A stretch of DNA of 64,000 nucleotides from assembly GCF_009914755.1 (NCBI RefSeq), contig NC_060946.1. One strand, given 5' to 3'. Of the stretch, positions 28,883 through 44,600 are shown piece after piece. Each line of letters begins with the position of its first letter. Positions within the stretch are counted from its first letter, which is position 1. The notes beneath the pieces were generated by a model. That model made no database searches. It had not been told where the DNA came from and saw nothing but the letters and a program-made list of their open reading frames with translations. The translations under genes were made by a program, and so were the position numbers. The DNA comes from the human T2T-CHM13v2.0 reference genome, Homo sapiens.

Positions 28883-30788
28883 CTAGGAACTGCCTACAGA
28901 GGTTATTGTGAAATATCTCTGCACTGATAAACTAGGTGGTGTAACTCTTGTCCAAGCTCTGCCTACAGGGGCGTTTCCACATATCCCTGAACTGATGACA
29001 AAGGTGATGTAACTCTTGCCTAGGCTTTGCCTTCAGGGAACATTGGACATATATTTGCACTGATCACCCAGGTGATGCAACTCCTGCCTAGGCTTTGCCT
29101 ACAGGGGTCATTGTGACATATCTCTTCAATGATCACTCATGTGATGCATCTCTTGCCTAGGCTTTGCCTGCAGGGGACATTGTGACATATCTCTGCACTG
29201 ATCTCCCAGGTGCTGTAACTTTAGTCTAGGCTCTGGCTACACGGCATTGTGACATATCACTGCACTGATCAACCAGGTGATATAACTCTTGTATAGGCTC
29301 TGCCTACAGGGGGATTGTGACCTACCTCTGCACTGATCACCCAGGTGATATAACTCTTCTCTAGGATCTGCCTACAGGGTACTTTGTGACATATCCCTGC
29401 ACTGATCACCCAGGTGATCTATCTCTGGTCTAAGCTCTGCCTAAAGGGGCATTGTGACAGATCTCTGCACTGATCACTCAGGTGATGTAAGTATTGTCTA
29501 GGCTCTGCTTCAAGGGGCCTTGTCACATATCTCTGCACTGATCACCCAGGTGATGTAACTCTTGTCTAGGCTCTGCTTCCAGGGCATATTGTGACATATC
29601 TATGCACTGATCACCTTAGTGATGTAACACTTTGGTAGGCTCGGCCTACAGGGGAATCTTGACATATCTCTGCACTGTTAACCGAGGTGATTTAACCCTT
29701 GTCTAGGCTGTGCCCACAGGGGGATTGAGACATATCTCTGCAGTGATCCCGAGGTGATACAACTCTTGCCTGGTCTCTGCCTACTGTGGACATTGGGACA
29801 TATCTCTGCACTGATCTCCCAGGTGCTGTAACTTTAGTCTAGGCTCTGGCTACACGGCATTGTGACATATCACTGCACTGATCACCCAGGCGATATAACT
29901 CTGCTCTAGGATCTGACCACAGGGTGCTTTGTGACATATCCCTGCAATGATCACCCAGGTTATATACCACTTGCCAAGGCTCTGCCTACAGGGGCATTGC
30001 AATGTATCTCTGCACTGATCACCTAGGTCTTGTAGCTATTTTCTAGGATCTGCCTACAGGGTGCTTTGTGACGTGTCCCAGCAACGATTACCCAGGTGAT
30101 GTACCTCTCATCAAGGCTCTGCCTACAGGCACATTGTGATGTATCTCTGCACTGATCACCTAGGTCATGTAACTTTTTTCTAGGCTCTACCTACGATGGC
30201 ATTGTGACATATCTCTGCACTAATCATCCAAGTGATGTAACTCTTGTATAGGATGTGTCTAAATTAACTTTTTGACATAACCCTGTACTGATCATCCAGG
30301 TGATGGAGCTTTTGTCTAGGCTCTGCCTAAGGGGGCATTGTGACATATTTCTGCATTGATCACCCAGGTGGCGAACTCTTCTCTCGGATCTGACTATGGG
30401 GGCATTGTGAGAAATCTCTGCACTGATCACCCAGGTGATGTAACTGTTGTGTAACCTCTGCCTACAGGGGAATTGTGAGGGATCTCGTCAATGATTACCC
30501 AAGTGATGTATCCGTTCTCTAGGCTTTGCATACAGGGGGCTTTGTGACATAACTTTGCACTGATCACCCAGGTGATGTAACACATCTAAGTTCGGCCTAA
30601 AGGAGCTTTGTGACATATCTCTGCACTGATCACTTAGGTGATGTAACACTTTTATAATCACTGCCTACAGGGAATTTTGACAAATCTCTGCACTGATCAC
30701 CTAGGTGATGTAACTCTTGTCTACCCTCTGTCCAACGGGGCATTGTGAAATATCTCTGCACTGATCACCCAGGTGATTCAACTCTTGA

Positions 30789-32625
30789 CTAGGAACTGCC
30801 TACAGAGGTTATTGTGAAATATCTCTGCACTGATAAACTAGGTGGTGTAACCCTTGTCCAAGCTCTGCCTACAGGGGCGTTTTCACATATCCATGAACTG
30901 ATGACAAAGGTGATGTAACTCTTGCCTAGGCTTTGCCTACAGGGAACATTGGACATATATCTGCACTGATCACCCAGGTGATGCAACTGTTGCCTAGGCT
31001 TTGCCTACAAGGGACATTGTGACATATCTCTGCACTGATCTCCCAGTTGCTGTAACTTTAGTCTAGGCTCTGGCTACACGGCATTGTGACATATCACTGC
31101 ACTGATCAACCAGGTGATATAACTCTTGTATAGGCTCTGCCAACAGGGGGATTGTGACCTACCTCTGCACTGATCACCCAGGTGATATAACTCTTCTCTA
31201 GTATCTGCCTACAGGGTACTTTGTGACATATCCCTGCACTGATCACCCAGGTGATCTATCTCTGGTCTAAGCTCTGGCTAAAGGGGCATTGTGACAGATC
31301 TCTGCACTGATCACTCAGGTGATGTAAGTATTGTCTAGGCTCTGCTTCAAGGGGCCTTGTCACATATCTCTGCACTGATCACCCAGGTGATGTAACTCTT
31401 GTCTAGGCTCTGCTTCCAGGGCATATTGTGACATATCTATGCACTGATCACCTTAGTGATGTAACACTTTGGTAGGCTCGGCCTACAGGGGAATGTTGAC
31501 ATATCTCTGCACTGTTAACCGAGGTGATTTAACTCTTGTCTAGGCTGTGCCCACAGGGGGATTGAGACATATCTCTGCACTGATCCCGAGGTGATACAAC
31601 TCTTGCCTGGTCTCTGCCTACTGTGGACATTGGGACATATCTCTGCACTGATCTCCCAGGTGCTGTAACTTTAGTCTAGGCTCTGGCTACACGGCATTGT
31701 GACATATCACTGCACTGATCACCCAGGCGATATAACTCTTCTCTAGGATCTGACCACAGGGTGCTTTGTGACATATCCCTGCAATGATCACCCAGGTGAT
31801 ATACCACTTGCCAAGGCTCTGCCTACAGGGGCATTGCTATGTATCTCTGCACTGATCACCTAGGTCTTGTAGCTATTTTCTAGGATCTGCCTACAGGGTG
31901 CTTTGTGACGTGTCCCAGCAAGGATTACCCAGGTGATGTACCTCTCATCAAGGCTCTGCCTACAGGCACATTGTGATGTATCTCTGCACTGATCACCTAG
32001 GTCATGTAAATTTTGTCTAGGCTCTACCTACGATAGCATTGTGACATATCTCTGCACTAATCATCCAAGTGATGTAACTCTTGTCTAGGATGTGCCTAAA
32101 TTAACTTTTTGAAATAACCCTGTACTGATCATCCAGGTGATGCAGCTTTTGTCTAGGCTCTGCCTAAGGGGGCATTGTGACATATTTCTGCATTGATCCC
32201 CCAGATGGCGAACTCTTCTCTCGGATCTGCCTATGGGGGCATTGTGAGAAATCTCTGCACTGATCACCCAGGTGATGTAACTGTTGTGTAACCTCTGCCT
32301 ACAGGGGAATTGTGAGAGATCTCGTCACTGATTACACAAGTGATGTAACCGTTGTCTAGGCTTTGCGTACAAGGGGCTTTGTGACATACCTTTGTACTGA
32401 TCACCCAGGTGATGTAACACATCTAAGTTCGGCCTAAAGGAGCTTTGTGACATATCTCTGCACTGATCACTTAGGTGATGTAACACTTTTATAATCACTG
32501 CCTACAGGGAATTTTGACAAATCTCTGCACTGATCACCTAGGTGATGTAACTCTTGTCTACCCCCTGTCCAACGGGGCATTGTGAAATATCTCTGCACTG
32601 ATCACCCAGGTGATTCAACTCTTGA
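30789..32625. repeat. 27-monomer HOR variant (1837 bp)
   Basis: The same monomer is missing near 31025, and landmark spacing 30789 to 32626 is 1837. Confidence 0.93.
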
Positions 32626-35600
32626 CTAGGAACTGCCTACAGAGGTTATTGTGAAATATCTCTGCACTGATAAACTAGGTGGTGTAACCATTGTCCAAGC
32701 TCTGCCTACAGGGGCGTTTCCACATATCCCTGAACTGATGACAAAGGTGATGTAACTCTTGCCTAGGCTTTGCCTACAGGGAACATTGGACATATATCTG
32801 CACAGATCACCCAGGTGATGCAACTCTTGCCTAGGCTTTGCCTACAGGGGACATTGTGACATATCTCTTCAATGATCACTCATGTGATGCATCTCTTGCC
32901 TAGGCTTTCCCTACAGGGGACATTGTGACATATCTCTGCACTGATCTCCCAGGTGCTGTAACTTTAGTCTAGGCTCTGGCTACACGGCATTGTGACATAT
33001 CACTGCACTGATCAACCAGGTGATATAATTCTTGTATACGCTCTGCGTACAGGGGGATTGTGACCTACCTCTGCACTGATCACCCAGGTGATATAACTCT
33101 TCTCTAGGATCTTCCTACAGGGTACTTTGTGACATATCCGTGCACTGATCACCCAGGGGATCTATCTCTGGTCTAAGCTCTGCCTAAAGGGGCATTGTGA
33201 CAGATCTCTGCACTGATCACTCTGGTGATGTAAGTATTTTCTAGGCTCTGCTTCAAGGGGCCTTGTCACATATCTCTGCACTGATCACCCAGGTGATGTA
33301 ACTCTTGTCTAGGCTCTGCTTCCAGGGCATATTGTGACATATCTATGCACTGATCACCTCAGTGATGTAACACTTTGGTAGGCTCGGCCTACAGGTGAAT
33401 CTTGACATATCTCTGCACTGTTAACCGAGGTGATTTAACTCTTGTCTAGGCTGTGTCCACAGGGGGATTGAGACATATCTCTGCACTGATCCCGAGGTGA
33501 TACAACTCTTGCCTGGTCTCTGCCTACTGTGGACATTGTGACATATCTCTGCACTGATCTCCCAGGTGCTGTAACTTTAGTCTAGGCTCTGGCTACACGG
33601 CATTGTGACATATAAATGCACTGATCACCCAGGCGATATAACTCTTCTCTAGGATCTGACCACAGGGTGCTTTGTGACATATCCCTGCAATGATCACCCA
33701 GGTGATATACCACTTGCCAAGGCTCTGCCTACAGGGGCATTGCAATGTATCTCTGCACTGATCACCTAGGTCTTGTAGCTATTTTCTAGGATCTGCCTAC
33801 AGGGTGCTTTGTGACGTGTCCCAGCAAGGATTACCCACGTGATGTACCTCTCATCAAGGCTCTGCCTACAGGCACATTGTGATGTATCTCTGCACTGATC
33901 ACCTAGGTCATGTAACTTTTTTCTAGGCTCTACCTACGATTGCATTGTGACATATCTCTGCACTAATCATCCAAGTGATGTAACTCTTGTCTAGGATGTG
34001 CCTAAATTAACTTTTTGACATAACCATGTACTGATCATCCAGGTGATGGAGCTTTTGTCTAGGCTCTGCCTAAGGGGGCATTGTGACATATTTCTGCATT
34101 GATCACCCAGGTGGCGAACTCTTCTCTCGGATCTGCCTATGGGGGCATTGTGAGAAATCTCTGCACTGATCACCCAGGTGATGTAACTGTTGTGTAACCT
34201 CTGCCTACAGGGGAATTGTGAGAGATCTCGTCACTGATTACCCAAGGGATGTAACCGTTGTCTAGGCTTTGCATACAGGGGGCTTTGTGACATACCTTTG
34301 CACTGATCACCCAGGTGATGTAACACATCTAAGTTCGGCCTAAAGGAGCTTTGTGACATACCTCTGCACTGATCACTTAGGTGATGTAACACTTTTATAA
34401 TCACTGCCTACAGGGAATTTTGACAAATGTCTGCACTGATCACCTAGGTGATGTAACTCTTGTCTACCCTCTGTCCAACGGGGCATTGTGAAATATCTCT
34501 GCACTGATCACCCAGGTGATTCAACTCTTGACTAGGAACTGGCTACAATGGTTATTGTGAAATATCTCTGCACTGATAAACTAGGTGGTGTAACCCTTGT
34601 CCACGCTCTGCCTACAGGGGCGTTTCCACATATCCCTGAACTTATGACAGAGGTGATGTAACTCTTGCCTAGGCTTTGCCTACAGGGAACATTGGACATA
34701 TATCTGCACTGATCACCCAGGTGATGCAACTCTTGCCTAGGCTTTGCCTACAGGGGACATTGTGACATATTTCTTCAATGATCACTCATGTGATGCATCT
34801 CTTGCCTAGGATTTGCCTACAGGGGACATTGTGACATATCCCTGCACTGATCTCCCAGGTGCTGTAACTTTAGTCTAGGCTCTGGCTACACGACATTGTG
34901 ACATATCACTGCACTGATCAACCAGGTGATATAACTCTTGTATAGGCTCTGCCTACAGGGGGATTGTGACCTACTTCTGCACTGATCACCCGGGTGATAT
35001 AACTCTTCTCTAGGATCTTCCTACAGGGTACTTTGTGACATATCCCTGCACTGATCACCCAGGTGATCTGTCTCTGGTCTAAGCTCTGCCTAAAGGGGCA
35101 TTGTGACAGATCTCTGCACTGATCACTCAGGTGATGTAAGTATTGTCTAGGCTCTGCTTCAAGGGGCCTTGTCACATATCTCTGCACTGATCACCCAGGT
35201 GATGTAACTCTTGTCTAGGCTCTGCTTCCAGGGCATATTGTGACATATCTATGCACTGATCACCTTAGTGATGTAACACTTTGGTAGGCTCGGCCTACAG
35301 GGGAATCTTGACATATCTCTGCACTGTTAACCGAGGTGATTTAACTCTTGTCTAGGCTGTGCCCACAGGGGGATTGAGACATATCTCTGCACTGATCGCG
35401 AGGTGATACAACTCTTGCCTGGTCTCTGCCTACTGTGGACATTGGGACATATCTCTGCACTGATCTCCCAGGTGCTGTAACTTTAGTCTAGGCTCTGGCT
35501 ACACGGCATTGTGACATATCACTGCACTGATCACCCAGGCGATATAACTCTTCTCTAGGATCTGACCACAGGGTGCTTTGTGACATATCCCTGCAATGAT

Positions 35601-38600
35601 CACCCAGGTGATATACCACTTGCCAAGGCTCTGCCTACAGGGGCATTGCAATGTATCTCTGCACTGATCACCTAGGTCTTGTAGCTATTTTCTAGGATCT
35701 GCCTACAGGGTGCATTGTGACGTGTCCAAGCAAGGATTACCCAGGTGATGTACCTCTCATCAAGGCTCTGCCTACAGGCACATTGTGATGTATCTCTGCA
35801 CTGATCACCTACGTCATGTAACTTTTTTCTAGGCTCTACCTACGATGGCATTGTGACATATCTCTGCACTAATCATCCAAGTGATGTAACTCTTGTCTAG
35901 GATGTGTCTAAATTAACTTTTTGATATAACCCTGTACTGATCATCCAGGTGATGGAGCTTTTGTCTAGTATCTGCCTAAGGGGGCATTGTGACATATTTC
36001 TGCATTGATCACCCAGGTGGCGAACTCTTCTCTCAGATCTGCCTATGGGGGCATTATGAGAAATCTCTGCACTGATCACCCAGGTGATGTAACTGTTGTG
36101 TAACCTCTGCCTACAGGGGAATTGTGAGAGATCTCGTCACTGATTACCCAAGGGATGTAACCGTTGTCTAGGCTTTGCATACAGGGGGCTTTGTGACATA
36201 CCGTTTAACTGATCACCCAGGTGATGTAACACATCTAAATTCGGCCTAAAGGAGCTTTGTGACATATCTCTGCAGTGATCTCTTAGGTGATGTAACACTT
36301 TTATAATCACTGCCTACAGGGAATTTTGACAAATCTCTGCACTGATCACCTAGGTGTTGCAACTCTTGTCTACCCTATGTCCAACGGGGCATTGTGAAAT
36401 ATCTCTGCACTGATCACCCAGTTGATTCAACTCTTGACTAGGAACTGCCTACAGATGTTATTGTGAAATATCTCTGCACTGATAAACTAGGTGGTGTAAA
36501 CCTTGTCCAAACTCTGCCTACAGGGGCGTTTCCACATATCCCTGAACTGATGACAAAGGTGATGTAACTCTTGCCTAGGCTTTGCCTACAGGGAACTTTG
36601 GACATATATCTGCACTGATCACCCAGGTGATGCAACTCTTGCCTAGGCTTTGCCTACAGGGGACATTGTGACATATCTCTTCAATGATCACTCATGTGAT
36701 GCATCTCTTGCCTAGGCTTTGCCTACAGGGGACACTGTGACATATCTCTGAACTGATCTCCCAGGTGCTGTAACTTTAGTCTAGGCTCTGGCTACACGGC
36801 ATTGTGACATATCACTGCACTGATCAACCAGGTGATATAACTCTTGTATAGGCTCTGCCTACAGGGGGATTGTGACCTACCTCTGCACTGATCACCCAGG
36901 TGATATAACTCTTCTCTAGGATCTGCCTACAGGGTACTTTGTGACATATCCCTGCACTGATCACCCAGGTGATCTAACTCTGGTCTAAGCTCTGCCTAAA
37001 GGGGCATTGTGACAGATCTCTGCACTGATCACTCTGGTGATGTAAGTATTGTCTAGGCTCTGCTTCAAGGGGCCTTGTCACATATCTCTGCACTGATCAC
37101 CCAGGTGATGTAACTCTTGTCTAGGCTCTGCTTCCGGGGCATATTGTGACATATCTATGCACTGATCACCTTAGTGATGTAACACTTTGGTATGCCCGGC
37201 CTACAGGGGAATCTTGACATATCTCTGCACTGTTAACCGAGGTGATTTAACTCTTGTCTAGGCTGTGCCCACAGGGGGATTGAGACATATCTCTGCACTG
37301 ATCCCGTGGTGATACAACTCTTGCCTGGTCTCTGCCTACTGTGGACATTGTGACATATCTCTGCACTGATCTCCCAGGTGCTGTAACTTTAGTCTAGGCT
37401 CTGGCTACACGGCATTGTGACATATCACTGCACTGATCACCCAGGTGATATAACTCTTCTCTAGGATCTGACCACAGGGTGCTTTGTGACATATCCCTGC
37501 AATGATCACCCAGGTGATATACCACTTGCCAAGGCTCTACCTACAGGGGCATTGCAATGTATCTCTGCACTGATCACCTAGGTCTTGTAGCTATTTTCTA
37601 GGAACTGCCTGCAGGGTGCTTTGTGACGTGTCCCAGCAAGGATTACCCAGGTGATGTACCTCTCATCAAGGCTCTGTCTACAGACACATTGTGATGTATC
37701 TCTGCAGTTTTCACCTAGGTCATGTAAATTTTGTCTAGGCTCTACCTACGATGGCATTGTGACATATCTCTGCACTAATCATCCAAGTGATGTAACTCTT
37801 GTCTAGGATGTGCCTAAATTAACTTTTTGACATAACCCTGTACTGATCATCCAGGTGATGGAGCTTTTGTCTAGGCTCTGCCTAAGGGGGCATTGTGACA
37901 TATTTCTGCATTGATCCCCCAGGTGGCGAACTCTTCTCTCGGATCTGCCTATGGGGGCATTGTGAGAAATCTCTGCACTGATCACCCAGGTGATGTAACT
38001 GTTGTGTAACCTCTGCCTACAGGGGAATTGTGAGAGATCTCGTCACTGATTACCCAAGTGATGTAACCGTTGTCTAGGCTTTGCGTACAAGGGGCTTTGT
38101 GACATACCTTTGCACTGATCACCCAGGTGATGTAACACGTCTAAGTTCGGCCTAAAGGAGCTTTGTGACATATCTCTGCACTGATCACTTAGGTGATGTA
38201 ACACTTTTATAATCACTGCCTACAGGGAATTTTGACAAATCTCTGCACTGATCACCTAGGTGATGTAACTCTTGTCTACCCTGTGTCCAACGGGACATTG
38301 TGAAATATCTCTGCACTGATCACCCAGGTGATTCAACTCTTGACTAGGAACTGCCTACAGAGGTTATTGTGAAATATCTCTGCACTGATAAACTAGGTGG
38401 TGTAACCCTTGTCCAAGCTCTGCCTACAGGGGCGTTTCCACATATCCCTGAACTGATGACAGAGGTGATGTAACTCTTGCCTAGGCTTTGCCTACAGGGA
38501 ACATTGGACATATATCTGCACTGATCACCCAGGTGATGCAACTCTTGCCTAGGCTTTGCCTACAGGGGACACTGTGACATATCTCTTCAATGATCACTCA

Positions 38601-41600
38601 TGTGATGCATCTCTTGCCTATGCTTTGCCTATAGGGGACATTGTGACATATCTCTTCACTGATCTCCCAGGTGCTGTAACTTTATTCTAGGCTCTGGCTA
38701 CACGGCATTGTGACATATCACTGCACTGATCAACCAGGTGATATAACTCTTGTATAGGCTCTGCCTACAGGGGGATTGTGACCTACATCTGCACTGATCA
38801 CCCAGGTGATATAACTCTTCTCTAGGATCTTCCTACAGGGTACTTTGTGACATATCCCTGCACTGATCACCCAGGTGATCTATCTCTGGTCTAACCTCTG
38901 CCTAAAGGGGCATTGTGAGAGATCTCTGTACTGATCACTCAGGTGATGTAAGTATTGTCTAGGCTCTGCTTCAAGGGGCCTTGTCACATATCTCTGCACT
39001 GATCACCCAGGTGATGTAACTCTTGTCTAGGCTCTGCTTCCAGGGCATATTGTGACATATCTATGCACTGATCACCTTAGAGATGTAACACTTTGGTAGG
39101 CTCGGCCTACAGGGGATTCTTGACATATCTCTGCACTGTTAACCGAGGTGATTTGACTCTTGTCTAGGCTGTGCCCACAGGGTGATTGAGACATATCTCT
39201 GCACTGATCCCGAGGTGATACAACTCTTGCCTGGTCTCTGCCTACTGTGGACATTGTGACATATCTCTGCACTGATCTCCCAGGTGCTGTAACTTTAGTC
39301 TAGGCTCTGGCTACACCGCATTGTGACATATCACTGCACTGATCACCCAGGCGATATAACTCTTCTCTAGGATCTGACCACAGGGTGCTTTGTGACATAT
39401 CCCTGCAATGATCACCCAGGTGATATACCACTTGCCAAGGCTCTGCCTACAGGGGCATTGCAATGTATCTCTGCACTGATCACCTAGGTCTTGTAGCTAT
39501 TTTCTAGGATCTGCCTACAGGGTGCTTTGTGACGTGTCCCAGCAAGGATTACCCAGGTGATGTACCTCTCATCAAGGCTCTGCCTACAGGCACATTGTGA
39601 TGTATCTCTGCACTGATCACCTACGTCATGTAACTTTTGTCTAGGCTCTACCTACGATGGCATTGTGACATATCTCTGCACTAATCATCCAAGTGATGTA
39701 ACTCTTGTCTAGGATGTGCCTAAATTAACTTTTTGACATAACCCTGTACTGATCATCCAGGTGATGGAGCTTTTGTCTAGGCTCTGCCTAACGGGGCATT
39801 GTGACATATTTCTGCATTGATCACCCAGGTGGCGAACTCTTCTCTCGGATCTGCCTATGGGGGCATTGTGAGAAATCTCTGCACTGATCACCCAGGTGAT
39901 GTAACTGTTGTGTAACCTCTGCCTACAGGGTAATTGTGAGAGATATCGTCACTGATTACCCAAGTGATGTAACCGTTGTCTAGGCTTTGCGTACAAGGGG
40001 CTTTGTGACATACCTTTGCACTGATCACCCAGGTGATGTAACACGTCTAAGTGCGGCCTAAAGAGCTTTGTGACATATCTCTGCACTGATCACTTAGGTG
40101 ATGTAACACTTTTATAATCACTGCCTACATGGAATTTTGACAAATCTCTGCACTGATCACCTAGGTGATGTAACTCTTGTCTACCCTCTGTCCAACGGGG
40201 CATTGTGAAATATCTCTGCACTGATCACCCAGGTGATTCAACTCTTGACTAGGAACTGCCTACAGAGGTTATTGTGAAATATCTCTGCACTGATAAACTA
40301 GGTGGTGTAACCCTTGTCCAAGCTCTGCCTACAGGGGCGTTTCCACATATCCCTGAACTGATGACAGAGGTGATGTAACTCTTGCCTAGGCTTTGCCTAC
40401 AGGGAACATTGGACATATATCTGCACTGATCACCCAGGTGATGCAACTCTTGCCTAGGCTTTGCCTACAGGGGACATTGTGACATATTTCTTCAATGATC
40501 ACTCATGTGATGCATCTCTTGCCTAGGCTTTGCCTACAGGGGACATTGTGACATATCTCTGCACTGATCTCCCAGGTGCTGTAACTTTAGTCTAGGCTCT
40601 GGCTACACGGCATTGTGACATATCACTGCACTGATCAACCAGGTGATATAACTCTTGTATAGGCTCTGCGTACAGGGGGATTGTGACCTACCTCTGCACT
40701 GATCACCCAGGTGATATAACTCTTCTCTAGGATCTTCCTACAGGGTACTTTGTGACATATCCCTGCACTGATCACCCAGGTGATCTATCTCTGGTCTAAC
40801 CTCTGCCTAAAGGGGCATTGTGACAGATCTCTGCACTGATCACTCAGGTGATGTAAGTATTGTCTAGGCTCTGCTTCAAGGGGCCTTGTCACATATCTCT
40901 GCACTGATCACCCAGGTGATGTAACTCTTGTCTAGGCTCTGCTTCCAGGGCATATTGTGACATATCTATGCACTGATCACCTTAGTGATGTAACACTTTG
41001 GTAGGCTCGGCCTACAGGGGATTCTTGACATATCTCTGCACTGTTAACCGAGGTGATTTGACTCTTGTCTAGGCTGTGCCCACAGGGGGATTGAGACATA
41101 TCTCTGCACTGATCCCGAGGTGATACAACTCTTGCCTGGTCTCTGCCTACTGTGGACATTGTGAAATATCTCTGCACTGATCTCCCAGGTGCTGTAACTT
41201 TAGTCTAGGCTCTGGCTACACGGCATTGTGACATATCACTGCACTGATCACCCAGGCGATATAACTCTTCTCTAGGATCTGACCACAGGGTGCTTTGTGA
41301 CATATCCCTGCAATGATCACCCAGGTGATATACCACTTGCCAAGGCTCTGCCTACAGGGGCATTGCAATGTATCTCTGCACTGATCACCTAGGTCTTGTA
41401 GCTAATTTCTAGGATCTGCCTACAGGGTGCTTTGTGACGTGTCCCAGCAAGGATTACCCAGGTGATGTACCTCTCATCAAGGCTCTGCCTACAGGCACAT
41501 TGTGATGTATCTCTGCACTGATCACCTAGGTCATGTAAATTTTGTCTAGGCTCTACCTACGATGGCATTGTGACATATCTCTGCACTAATCATCCAAGTG

Positions 41601-44600
41601 ATGTAACTCTTGTCTACGATGTGCCTAAATTAACTTTTTGACATAACCCTGTACTGATCATCCAGGTGATGGAGCTTTTGTCTAGGCTCTGCCTAACGGG
41701 GCATTGTGACATATTTCTGCATTGATCCCCCAGGTGGCGAACTCTTCTCTCGGATCTGCCTATGGGGGCATTGTGAGAAATCTCTGCACTGATCACCCAG
41801 GTGATGTAACTGTTGTGTAACCTCTGCCTACAGGGTAATTGTGAGAGATATCGTCACTGATTACCCAAGTGATGTAACCGTTGTCTAGGCTTTGCGTACA
41901 GGGGGCTTTGTGACATACCTTTGCACTGATCACCCAGGTGATGTAACACGTCTAAGTGCGGCCTAAAGGAGCTTTGTGACATATCTCTGCACTGATCACT
42001 TAGGTGATGTAACACTTTTATAATCACTGCCTACAGGGAATTTTGACAAATCTCTGCACTGATCACCTAGGTGATGTAACTCTTGTCTACCCTCTGTCCA
42101 ACGGGGCATTGTGAAATATCTCTGCACTGATCACCCAGGTGATTCAACTCTTGACTAGGAACTGCCTACAGAGGTTATTGTGAAATATCTCTGCACTGAT
42201 AAACTAGGTGGTGTAACCCTTGTCCAAGCTCTGCCTACAGGGGCGTTTCCACATATCCCTGAACTGATGACAGAAGTGATGTAACTCTTGCCTAGGCTTT
42301 GCCTACAGGGAACATTGGACATATATCTGCACTGATCACCCAGGTGATGCAACTCTTGCCTAGGCTTTGCCTACAGGGGATATTGTGACATATTTTTTCA
42401 ATGATCACTCATGTGATGCATCTCTTGCCTAGGCTTTGCCTACAGGGGACATTGTGACATATCTCTGCACTGATCTCCCAGGTGCTGTAACTTTAGTCTA
42501 GGCTCTGGCTACACGGCATTGTGACATATCACTGCACTGATCAACCAGGTGATATAACTCTTGTATAGGCTCTGCCTACAGGGGGATTGTGACCTACCTC
42601 TGCACTGATCACCCAGGTGATATAACTCTTCTCTAGGATCTTCCTACAGGGTACTTTGTGACATATCCCTGCACTGATCACCCAGATGATCTATCTCTGG
42701 TCTAAGCTCTGCCTAAAGGGGCATTGTGACAGATCTCTGCACTGATCACTCAGGTGATGTAAGTATTGTCTAGGCTCTGCTTCAAGGGGCCTTGTCACAT
42801 ATCTCTGCACTGATCACCCAGGTGATGTAACTCTTGTCTAGGCTCTGCTTCCAGGGCATATTGTGACATATCTATGCACTGATCACCTTAGTGATGTAAC
42901 ACTTTGGTAGGCTCGGCCTACAGGGGAATCTTGACATATCTCTGCACTGTTAACCGAGGTGATTTAACTCTTGTCTAGGCTGTGCCCACAGGGGGATTGA
43001 GACATATCTCTGCACTGATCCCGAGGTGATACGACTCTTGCCTGGTCTCTGCCTACTGTGGACATTGTGACATATCTCTGCACTGATCTCCCAGGTGCTG
43101 TAACTTTAGTCTAGGCTCTGGCTACACGGCATTGTGACATATCACTGCACTGATCACCCAGGCGATATAACTCTTCTCTAGGATCTGACCACAGGGTGCT
43201 TTGTGACATATCCCTGCAATGATCACCCAGGTGATATACCACTTGCCAAGGCTCTGCCTACAGGGGCATTGCAATGTATCTCTGCACTGATCACCTAGGT
43301 CTTGTAGCAATTTTCTAGGATCTGCCTACACGGTGCTTTGTGACGTGTCCCAGCAAGGTTTACCCAGGTGATGTACCTCTCATCAAGGCTCTGCCTACAG
43401 GCACATTGTGATGTATCTCTGCACTGATCACCTAGGTCATGTAAATTTTGTCTAGGCTCTACCTACGATGGTATTGTGACATATCTCTGCACTAATCATC
43501 CAAGTGATGTAACTCTTGTCTAGGATGTGCCTAAATTTACTTTTTGACATAACCCTGTACTGATCATCCAGGTGATGGAGCTTTTGTCTAGGCTCTGCCT
43601 AAGGGGGCATTGTGACATATTTCTGCATTGATCCCCAAGGTGGCGAACTCTTCTCTCGGATCTGCCTATGGGGGCATTGTGAGAAATCTCTGCACTGATC
43701 ACCCAGGTGATGTAACTGTTGTGTAACCTCTGCCTACAGGGGAATTGTGAGAGATCTCGTCACTGATTACCCAAGGGATGTAACCGTTGTCTAGGCTTTG
43801 CATACAGGGGGCTTTGTGACATACCTTTTAACTGATCACCCAGGTGATGTAACACATCAAAGTTCGGCCTAAAGGACCTTTGTGACATATCTCTGCAGTG
43901 ATCACTTAGGTGATGTAACACTTTTATAATCACTGCCTACAGGGATTTTTGACAAATCTCTGCACTGATCACCTAGGTGATGTAACTCTTGTCTACCCTC
44001 TGTCCAACGGGGCATTGTGAAATATCTCTGCACTGATCACCCAGGTGATTCAACTCTTGACTAGGAAGTGCCTACAGAGTTTACTGTGAAATATCTCTGT
44101 ACTGATAAACTAGGTGGTGTAAAACTTGTCCAAGCTCTGCCTACAGGGGCGTTTCCACATATCCCTGAACTGATGACAAAGGTGATGTAACTCTTGCCTA
44201 GGCTTTGCCTACAGGGAACATAGGACATATATCTGCACTGATCACCCAGGTGATGCAACTCTTGCCTTGGCTTTGCCTACAGGGGACATCGTGACATACC
44301 TCTTCAATGATCACTCATGTGATGCATCTCTTGCCTAGGCTTTGCCTACAGGGGACATTGTGACATATCTCTGCACTGATCTCCCAGGTGCTGTAACTTT
44401 AGTCTAGGCTCTGGCTACACGGCATTGTTACATATCACTGCACTGATCAACCAGGTGATATAACTCTTGTATAGGCTCTGCCTACAGGGGGATTGTGACC
44501 TACCTCTGCACTGATCACCCAGGTGATATAACTCTTCTCTAGGATCTGCCAACAGGGTACTTTGTGACATATCCCTGCACTGATCACCCAGGTGATCTAA

